From Bdellovibrionota bacterium (GTDB lineage: Bacteria > Bdellovibrionota_C > UBA2361 > JAFLCA01), in contig JBIKUD010000010.1 in the NCBI GenBank assembly GCA_044347745.1, positions 11,741 through 75,740 on the forward strand: DNA of 64,000 bases, read 5' to 3'. Numbering within the stretch: position 1 is the first letter of the stretch; every line of letters starts with the position of its first letter. A program made the position numbers and the translations under genes. Positions 28,935 to 37,400 of this stretch are shown here, one piece after another. The notes under the pieces were generated by a model. That model worked only from the letters and a program-made list of their open reading frames with translations, did not search any database and had not been told where the DNA came from.

Positions 28935-29987
28935 TTATTTTACTACTCGTAAAAATGGGTCCCCCTGCACATAACTTTCACGCTTCAGCTGGCCAATGAG
29001 CCGCTCAGCCTGCTGCTTATTTTGCTCTGGTCCAACAATAACTCGGAAGTATTCTTCGCCTCGAACTCGCGCCGATTCGATTAACACCGGGAACCCAGAC
29101 GACTTAAGTTTTGACGCGAGTGCACTTGCATCCTGCATTTTTCGTGGCGCTGCAATTTGTGCAAACCATCCTGCTGGCAAGGTTTGGCGAACAAGAGACT
29201 TATCTGCTGCTTTTGCTGTGATCGCGGACTTTTCAGGCGCAGCGTTAGCTACCTTGGCTACTTCTGTCTTTTTTGTTGCGGGTTTAACAATTGCGGCAGG
29301 TTTTTCTGCTACTTTTTGTGAAGGCTTTAATTCTTTAAGCTCAACTTTCGCTATGCCCGTATCGGTTTTCTTGGCAGCTTGGATAGTTTCAGGGCGATTT
29401 ACAGATGCGCTGCGCTCTTGTTTAGGTTGAGGCGCTATTTCACCAAGATTCTTAGCAAACTTACTTGGTTCTTCTACGCTTGGCTCAATTGGGAACAAAC
29501 TATCCATATCAAGCCCCGCTGTCTCGGAGGACTCTACTGTCTTCGGTTGAAGCGGTGCTTGTTCCTTGACTGCGACCTCATCCCCTAAAGGAGCAACTTC
29601 AGTTGATTTAATAGCCCCCAAAATAGGCTCTTCCTTACGGGAGCTTGCCAATGCCGGTACTGGGGCGCTCAGGCGCGCATATACATCTGTTTCATTGTGG
29701 GAGGCACTATTTCCCTCGCCTTCAGCAACAGGGAACCGAGGACTATGGGCGAGGCTTCTTTCGAGTGCAGCCTCAAACCCAACACCGCGACCAGACGAGA
29801 ACCCAACATAGAACGCGCAGGCTATTGAGCCTGTGACCATTCCGAGTAATACCACGACCTGGGCAACACCAAGCCGCAACTCCCATTGTTGCAGATTCTT
29901 TTTATTCATAGTGGCTAACGGTTTTACCGTAGGATGAGTGCGCGGGCTAGGATTAACAGCCATAAAATTCTCTGAGGCGTAAACCAA
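28935..29987 (-). CDS. SPOR-domain (peptidoglycan-binding, septal) protein
   Basis: C-terminus GWFAQIAAPRKMQDASALASKLKSSGFPVLIES..YFRVIVGPEQNKQQAERLIGQLK is SPOR-like. N-terminal TM helix. The middle is a Pro/Ala/Lys-rich linker. The real start may be the internal MNKKNL, about 29909. Confidence 0.7.
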   Translation of the reverse strand: MVYASENFMAVNPSPRTHPTVKPLATMNKKNLQQWELRLGVAQVVVLLGMVTGSIACAFYVGFSSGRGVGFEAALERSLAHSPRFPVAEGEGNSASHNETDVYARLSAPVPALASSRKEEPILGAIKSTEVAPLGDEVAVKEQAPLQPKTVESSETAGLDMDSLFPIEPSVEEPSKFAKNLGEIAPQPKQERSASVNRPETIQAAKKTDTGIAKVELKELKPSQKVAEKPAAIVKPATKKTEVAKVANAAPEKSAITAKAADKSLVRQTLPAGWFAQIAAPRKMQDASALASKLKSSGFPVLIESARVRGEEYFRVIVGPEQNKQQAERLIGQLKRESYVQGDPFLRVVK

Positions 29988-30030
29988 TAGTAAAGCGCAG
30001 AGAGGAAAGCACTACGCAATATGTGCGTAA

Positions 30031-31248
30031 TTAGACCTTCTGAACGCCGGCAATATATCTGCCGGCTATGATATCCGATAGCAGATCTAAAACACCAGTA
30101 AGAATTTTGATTTCTGCTGCGCCACAAGTTCCTGTGGCAAGCTGGGCTCTAAAGTGAGGCTGATTACAAAGCGCATTGGTGCGCTCGAGTATTTCGGTCA
30201 AAACCGAAATAAACTCGGCTACCTGACCAAGGCGGCCAGCTTGCCGCTCAAAGGAATAAAAATATCTCAGTCGTAGCAGCAGTTTTAACCAGTCTTCATT
30301 AGGCAAAACATCTGCCCCCGCGCGCGAGGTCTGAGATAAAAGCGTTCTGAGACGCTGAGCGGTCAATGCTGCATATTGTATGGGGTTAGCTTTTTCTTTA
30401 AGTTGCGGCACCATCAAATCTACATCTGTCCCCGCCACCTCCGAACAAAGATATATAAGGGTCTCGGCAGGCACACGAGCGGCGAGTTGGGTAAGCGAAG
30501 CGAGTTCTTTTTGCGTTAGCTGCCAATTGGCCCAGGCTGCCCCGACGTAACTTAAGCGAATGTGCCCATTGGCTTCGCCACGCGGAAACAGGGCCTTAAA
30601 CTGAGGAGCTGGAATAGTTGCGGGCAACAACCACAAAACCCTCATTTCATCTGGATGATCTTCTTTTTGAAGTTCTGCTTGCACTCCCTCAACCAGCGAT
30701 GAAACCGTCTGGAGGGGCCAGGAAAGGACCGAGTCTATAAGGTTCACAAGGGCTTGGGGCTGAAAACTAAGCGGAATGAGGCCCTTGCCAACGAGAACCA
30801 GCTGCACCTTGGCTCCGTAAAATTGGGCGCAAAATGCTTGAAGATAGGCACGCAGCACAAGCCTTAGATGCGCGGCCCGTTCGGTTTCCTCTGTACAGGC
30901 CGGCACCAACACGCTCACTCGCTTTTCAGGCAAGGGTACTACGGTATCGAGCAAGGGGTTAGAATGAAGCAACTCGGCAGCCGATAGTCGCGCATTTAAA
31001 AATCCTCTGGTGGGCTCCAGCGTGGGTCCGCCGTCTTGCTCCCAAAGCGCTTTAATTTCAAGCGCCAGCGCCTCGGGCTTTTGAAGCACTTTGCGGGCCA
31101 GACGTGTGGGTGCGTCGGTGCCAATGTGCCCGAGTGTCAAATCGTACAGGGGCACAAATTCAACTGCTGAAATGCTGCTTGGCCAGTTCTTACTAAAAAT
31201 TTCATTTAGTTTATGAGAGAAACTTTGAATACTCACATCCATCTTCAA
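30031..31248 (-). CDS. arginyl-tRNA-synthetase-like protein lacking the catalytic core (ArgRS N-domain + DALR anticodon-binding domain)
   Basis: The N-terminus ends PTRGFLNARLS, matching the ArgRS additional-domain end (GPGFINIFL). The C-terminus NPIQYAALTAQRLRTLLSQ matches the DALR motif (vQYahARicsilrka). It is only 405 aa and the HIGH/KMSKS core is absent. Confidence 0.45.
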   Translation of the reverse strand: MKMDVSIQSFSHKLNEIFSKNWPSSISAVEFVPLYDLTLGHIGTDAPTRLARKVLQKPEALALEIKALWEQDGGPTLEPTRGFLNARLSAAELLHSNPLLDTVVPLPEKRVSVLVPACTEETERAAHLRLVLRAYLQAFCAQFYGAKVQLVLVGKGLIPLSFQPQALVNLIDSVLSWPLQTVSSLVEGVQAELQKEDHPDEMRVLWLLPATIPAPQFKALFPRGEANGHIRLSYVGAAWANWQLTQKELASLTQLAARVPAETLIYLCSEVAGTDVDLMVPQLKEKANPIQYAALTAQRLRTLLSQTSRAGADVLPNEDWLKLLLRLRYFYSFERQAGRLGQVAEFISVLTEILERTNALCNQPHFRAQLATGTCGAAEIKILTGVLDLLSDIIAGRYIAGVQKV

Positions 31249-31287
31249 AAACTACCTCTCGAAAACACGCTTAGCCGTAAGTGGTTG

Positions 31288-32334
31288 TTAACAGCGGGCC
31301 AGATCTAACGCTTCACGCAGCGCGGCCACGCGTTCGCTCGTCACCACTTCCCCACACGAGATGCAGGCTCTCAGTTCGTCAGCATATACCCGCAGCGTTT
31401 GTTTTTTAAATCCCAGCGGGGCTAATGTTTCTGCCCAAGTTTGCACCCCGTCAGCGCTTACCAAACACTGCAAAAACAGCCAATATCGCACTTCTGCGCT
31501 TACATGAAGAGCCGCCGCCTTTAGTCTAAAAAAACGTGCGAGCACCGTTTTAGAAGACTCAAGCTCAAGGCGATCAATTGCATCGGTTACTTTCCAAGCC
31601 TGAAGCTGTGTGAGAATTGCCCAAGGGTCCCGCTCTTCCATTACCTTTCGCAGTTCAGTAAGAAAACGCTGCACCGATATCACTTCAAGCATTTTTGCGT
31701 CTACGGCTGCACCCACAAGCTGCTCGGTAATGGTGTCTGGTTTGGCGTCAAGGCGAATCATGTAACGCGCTAATCTGAGAATACGTGTTGGATCATCGAC
31801 AAAACTACGCGAATGAAGCACTCGTAAGGTCTTTGAGCGTAAATCTTGAATTCCTGCATGTAAGTCAAAGCAGCGTTTTTCTAATTCTTGCTGCTGACAA
31901 TGTGTAAGCTCCATTAGTTCAAGAACATGTTTCACTTCAAGCGCAATGGCATTCACACTAAAGTCACGTCGCCCTAAATCCTCTTCAAGCTTGGATGGAG
32001 TCACCTCTGGCAAAGCTCCGGGAGTAAGGTAACGTTCAGTGCGGGCACTAGCGAAATCTATCTCGCGCACATGAGCGAATAGGCTCGGTTGCTCAATTTT
32101 GGCAGTGATAAAGGCAGTAAACTTTCTAAGTGAACCGCCACTAATTTTTTGAAGTTCCTCGGCAAACTCAATCGCGTTGCCTTCAACAACAAAATCGACA
32201 TCTTCGTCGAGCGCCGGTAAACCCCGCAATAAATCGCGAACAACGCCGCCGACTAAAAAGAGGCGCTGCCCCCTTTTAGCGGCAAAATCGGCCACGGTTT
32301 GAAATAATGTTTGATACGTTTTGCTAATTATCAT
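31288..32334 (-). CDS. tRNA nucleotidyltransferase / poly(A) polymerase family protein (head domain)
   Basis: LFLVGGVVRDLLRG..DEDVDFVV and RRDFSVNAIA are the diagnostic motifs of the poly(A)-polymerase-like head domain. 348 aa. It lies 39 nt upstream of the ArgRS-like gene on the same strand. Confidence 0.7.
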   Translation of the reverse strand: MIISKTYQTLFQTVADFAAKRGQRLFLVGGVVRDLLRGLPALDEDVDFVVEGNAIEFAEELQKISGGSLRKFTAFITAKIEQPSLFAHVREIDFASARTERYLTPGALPEVTPSKLEEDLGRRDFSVNAIALEVKHVLELMELTHCQQQELEKRCFDLHAGIQDLRSKTLRVLHSRSFVDDPTRILRLARYMIRLDAKPDTITEQLVGAAVDAKMLEVISVQRFLTELRKVMEERDPWAILTQLQAWKVTDAIDRLELESSKTVLARFFRLKAAALHVSAEVRYWLFLQCLVSADGVQTWAETLAPLGFKKQTLRVYADELRACISCGEVVTSERVAALREALDLARC

Positions 32335-32521
32335 GGGTCATAATCTTGAGATCTCTCAGCAGCTTATAACGCTTTTACCTATTTCGTCTAATAACTGAGG
32401 TGATTTTGCCCGCTTCGAGATACCAAACCTCCTCTAAGTCTTTTGTTTTTCGAGGTTTTTCCCGATTTAGATAGTGAGTTCATAAGGCTTTTTAAGCTGC
32501 CTCTTCAAGTTTAGATAGGTC

Positions 32522-34453
32522 ATGCGCACAGTAAAGGGAAAACTAAAAGACGAAAGCGGCAATATGGTGCTTTCCCTTGGAGCACTTAGCCTGATGCTGC
32601 TTTTTGCCATGTTTGCGGTCAACACCGCCTACTACTACTCATACCAACAAAAACTAAACTCAATTGCCAACTCAATTGCCGCACACGCAGGAAATTATTT
32701 GCCAAATCCGTCTTTGTCTGCACAAGCAGCAGTTAATGCATTCGAGCTTTTAAAAAATGATTTTGTTACGGGAGAACCACATTTTGGAACGGCTTTGGAA
32801 TTACAAGTGTCGTTTGATTACTACGAGGTTGGGGCTGGAAATGTGGTTACTCTTTCAAGAACTACGCTGGCAACGCCAGAAAGTTCGTGGCCGGTGGCAC
32901 TTCCTATAAAGTCGCTCACCGTCAAAGTTTCGGGCCGATATACGGCAAATTTACTAAACTTTAACTCGACCCTTGGCGCAGCATTGCCGTCAGTCCAAGT
33001 AATTGGGCAGGCAAGCACGCAGCTTATTCCCACTGATGTTGTTTTGGTAATCGAAAATTCTAATTCAATAATCTCTCCGCTCGCCGATGAAAGTGCCTCT
33101 CTTTCAAAAGCTTTTAGTCTTTGGAAGGACGATTTTCCCGGACGAGGTGTGAGTGAATCAGAAGTCCCGTACGGGTCCACTCTTGAAGTATCCCAAAGTA
33201 AAGCCCGGCTCCGCGAACGCCAGTGTTTTGGCAAAACAGCTTATGAAATAAAGCGCGCGGCTTTACAGGCATTTGACTATTTAAGTTCCGTAGGCACCTA
33301 TCGCGTTGGAGTAATTCACACAACCGATTTAATTGGCGAAGTGCCAACGGCTACTATCAATATTACGCCAGATTCCTATGGGCGTGTGTATCAGCGCAGA
33401 AGATTTTCATCGTACCAAGCGGGAGCCGCCTCTGACACACCAAGTACCTACAATGAAGTTATGTATAACCCTGGGGCTAATTCTTCGTATGGCACATTTG
33501 AGTATCCTGAAACACGCTGTGCGGCGCTTACAGCTGAAACTGCCTTTCGGGTTCCCGCTCATCCGTTTGCCTCATATGCAACGCTGAATAACTTTGCAAG
33601 TAACTCTTTAAAAACGAATCTTGCCGGAGAACTGTCATGCGATGGTGAAGTGGACACCGACAATTGCCCCAGTGCAGGACACCTCACGTATGACGCATCC
33701 GGAATTCTGATTCCACGAGAACTTATTTGGATTAAAAATTCTGGCTTTGATTTTGAGACTGGTTTGCCAAATCCCTTGTACGATTACACCAAACTTGAGT
33801 TTCCTATTTTACGCGCCATAGACATGCTGCGAACCGCACCTGCTCGTGCCGACAATTTACCCGTGCGGCGCCAAATAGTGCTGGTTTTTACAGATGGTTG
33901 GGAAACGCCTTACCTTTATGAAACGGGTGTGAATCTTGACGGTGCAACTCAGAATATGACCTTTAGGCGTGCTCCAGCCATAGCAGAGGGCTCGGCCGAA
34001 TTTTCTGAAAAAGTATACAGCCTCGATTACGCTGACTCTGCTTCAAATTTTGATTTTTATTGCGCCACCCACGCGGACAACCTCATTCAACAAAGCACTC
34101 AACCAGATGAAAGCTCTGGATTTACCCCAGAATCAAACAATTTAGGCATTAAACTTGGGGTGCTGGTGCACGGCGCAAAACAAACTGGGTACGGCGCCAC
34201 CCTTAAAGACCCAAGCTTTCGATTGTTGGCACTTCGCGGTCATGGCAACAAAGATAAAAATGACCTTGGCACTTTTCGTAGCGAGTGCAACACCCGTTGG
34301 ACCGAAGGGCGAGGGAGATTTTTTATGGAAATGACCAGCCCAGTGCTGGGAGAGGATGCCATGAGTGCAAGCCAAATGTACTACGAACAAATTACCCCGC
34401 AGGCACTCAGAAGCTTTTTTGATTCGGAGCTTATTCAGACCAATGCAGATTAG
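32522..34453 (+). CDS. TadG-like Flp-pilus assembly / pseudopilin protein (643 aa)
   Basis: N-terminus ESGNMVLSLGALSLMLLFAMFAVNTAYYY is the Tad (TadE/G-like) N-terminal domain. It has a VIENSNSI possible MIDAS-like segment. Its stop overlaps the next gene's start. Confidence 0.6.
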   Translation: MRTVKGKLKDESGNMVLSLGALSLMLLFAMFAVNTAYYYSYQQKLNSIANSIAAHAGNYLPNPSLSAQAAVNAFELLKNDFVTGEPHFGTALELQVSFDYYEVGAGNVVTLSRTTLATPESSWPVALPIKSLTVKVSGRYTANLLNFNSTLGAALPSVQVIGQASTQLIPTDVVLVIENSNSIISPLADESASLSKAFSLWKDDFPGRGVSESEVPYGSTLEVSQSKARLRERQCFGKTAYEIKRAALQAFDYLSSVGTYRVGVIHTTDLIGEVPTATINITPDSYGRVYQRRRFSSYQAGAASDTPSTYNEVMYNPGANSSYGTFEYPETRCAALTAETAFRVPAHPFASYATLNNFASNSLKTNLAGELSCDGEVDTDNCPSAGHLTYDASGILIPRELIWIKNSGFDFETGLPNPLYDYTKLEFPILRAIDMLRTAPARADNLPVRRQIVLVFTDGWETPYLYETGVNLDGATQNMTFRRAPAIAEGSAEFSEKVYSLDYADSASNFDFYCATHADNLIQQSTQPDESSGFTPESNNLGIKLGVLVHGAKQTGYGATLKDPSFRLLALRGHGNKDKNDLGTFRSECNTRWTEGRGRFFMEMTSPVLGEDAMSASQMYYEQITPQALRSFFDSELIQTNAD

Positions 34454-37400
34454 AGGCAACACCAAACGGCACACAACGCGCTGCTCTGAAAGGGGCGTCG
34501 CTTTTGTTGAGCTTGCGCTGACGCTTCCTATTCTTGTCTCAGTGGTGTTAGCCGTAGGATACCTATACAGCTATGTCAGAACCTATCAAATTGTAAAGTC
34601 GGCGGCACTTGCTGCAGCCACCTACGGCGCCAGTGGAGAGCTAAGCTCAGTAAGCAATTCAGGCACAAGTTTTCTTGAGTGGACTCATCTAAATGGTGGA
34701 ACTCCGCCCTTTCGGCCAGTTGCAATTCGGCGCCACGAACAATGCCGGGGGCTTTCGGCTGAAGCAGCAGAAACCTGCATCCAAACCGAAATAACCGCCG
34801 AACGGTACTACGCCCAAGTGTGGAGCGACTATGCAAGTTCTGTTTCCTCCCCGCTGGCAGAAGCCAGCCCCCTGCCCTTTAAGCTGTATGAGAAATCAAG
34901 CGCAACTCCCGGATACATGCTTACGACGGTGCTTCCGGTAATTGGAATCGAAAGGGCTTGTTATGAACCATATAACGAAACCGCCAGCACTATTACGGGC
35001 ACATCTCGCTTTTATAACGCCTCTATTGGTGCCGCCAACTGCACCCATGTAAAGCCCATGTATTGGCAAAGTCCAGTTCAGGCAGACTTTGATGGTGACC
35101 GGCGCGAAGACATCGTGGTGTTTAGACCCCAAGGCACGAGTACCACGTGGGGCGCAAAAGCAGACAAGTCAGAGGTAGATTTTGTCGTTTTTTACTCAGG
35201 TTCAGGATATAGCCAGGTTGGAGGCAGAGGCTATTTTAACTTGGCTACTTTGCCAGGAAGCGCCACCGCAGGTGTCACTCCAAATGATATTCCCATAGTC
35301 GCTGACTACGATCGTGACGGCCTTGCTGACTATGGTGTTTTCGATCCCCGAACGGGTGACTACCGTATTGCGTTTTCGCTCTCAAATTACTTAGTAATTG
35401 GCAGCGGCAATATGGGCGTAAGCGATCCCTCTGGGCAGCAAGGACTTATTGCCGTTCCAGGACATTACACAAGCACTACTAATCTTCAGCTCCTCGTGGT
35501 TCGAACTGCCTCAACTACTGCGGCCGGACGATATGACATGTTTATTTCGAACGTCATTAATCCAACCTTCGAGCAGCTCATGGATGATGACCTCACGTAC
35601 TCCTTACCAGCGGGACATGCCGTTTCTGGTAACGAAGTAAGTTCAGCGAATCTTTACAAAGTCAAACCAGCCCCAGGCACTGTCTCAGTGCCAGCTTTTG
35701 CCGACTATGATGATGATGGAATAACCGAACTGGGGTGGCTTAGCTGGTATGGGGGCAACATGGCTCAGCAAATTGCTGGGCGTGTGATTGGGCAGCGCTC
35801 AGCAACATTAGCTAAATTCTTTGAGACTGACAGCAACCCTGATACTACTCCCATGAACACTCGCATGAATCCATACGATATGGATTTTGATAGCGCCGGA
35901 AACTTACTCTACACAGATCCAATTGATGGCAGACTTTGGAAACTTGATGCTGATGCACTGGGAGGAATTTCGACACCAGATACAAGTTCCTCGCACATGA
36001 TAATGCCCACTGCTGATTATCAGGCAGCCCGTACGCTTGTCCCGAATCCGGAAGCCAAATTTGCACCGGAGAATGTCTATGATGTCACTCGTGATAATCG
36101 CGCGCTGAATCCTGCTGATACAGATGCTCCAGTTACAGCCAGCGAGAGGCAACTAAGAACGCCAAGAAAATTTTTTGTCGCAACGGATTACGACAAAGCA
36201 TTATATATCGCAGATCACCGCAACATGCGGATTCTGAGGCTAGAAAGCGGAGAGTCAGGAATAGATTCAACGTCTACTAGCTCTGTGATTCTGGGAAGCA
36301 GCTCATGTACGAGCGGAGGCTGTTCTGACCTTGTTGATGACAAGTCTCCCAGCCTCTATTCAATTTGGGGTGATGCCAATGGTCAATATACTATCAACCC
36401 CTCAGCAATCGAACTTGTTCCCGACACTGAGAATAAGAATCGATATTTTGTGGCGTTTTCCTCAGGCAATGCTGTGTACCTTATAACTCACGAAAACGAG
36501 GAGGGAGGGCCGCTGGGTACTGACTCTGATCGTATCTGGAAAGTTGCGGGTAAACACAGCACTGCACCAAGCTACACGGCGGGCGATACAAACGCAAAAT
36601 ACACTGACGACCTTATTGCTGACCAGGCACGCAATTCAGCCCTCTGCCCGATTATTGATCTTAAGTATCACAGCGGTATCGGCGGCGGGGTGCTGCTCAT
36701 GGCAGCATCCTGCAGCTTGCCTCGCATGCATGGAGAAACTGGCTTAACTTTTCAATCGGTCGGGGGAATTTATACCCTAACTCCCGCATTCAACTCGGAC
36801 AAAGTCTATCGCTTCCATGATCCATTAGCTGAGGATCTGGACAACTCAATTGCGCTAAGCGTCGGCACCATGTGGGTGTATCCGTGCACCCAAGGTGTGT
36901 GCGCGGGGCCACAAGCCTCTGGCGCCGGAAATTACCAGCGCAAAATAAACGTGATGGCCAATGCCAATGCAATTGATTTAGTCAATCCTGTTGATATGGA
37001 AGTTGGGCCTCGCGGAGAGGTGTATTTTATTGACCAATGGAATGAAGATACGATTTACGATACCGAAAGATTTCCTGAAAGCCCTAATGTTCAAGACCGC
37101 CTCCATCGAAATGGAGTCTGGATTTGGGATGCAGCCACGAATACAAACTCAATTCTGCCATTTACCAATAACTTTTTTTATTCAGATGGGCTGCTTCCCG
37201 TCTGGGGCCCCGACTGGTACTCGCCTACTCGCCTTGGAGATACCGCAAGCATTCAGTGGAATATTCTTGCCCATAAAGCGCCGCTTAAGAATGTTCCGGT
37301 TCCAGCGACTGCGGGAATTACAATCTCCGGTAATACAGTATACACCTCAGTTCCATTCGTACGTCCGCCATCCGACTACTCCGAAAGTCATCCACTTTAC

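Noticed and set aside
34365-34442. Listed start of the giant ORF at 34365
   Set aside because: These 26 codons overlap the C-terminus of the upstream TadG-like gene in another frame. The TadE motif begins right after the ATG at 34443, which overlaps the upstream stop in a typical coupled arrangement.
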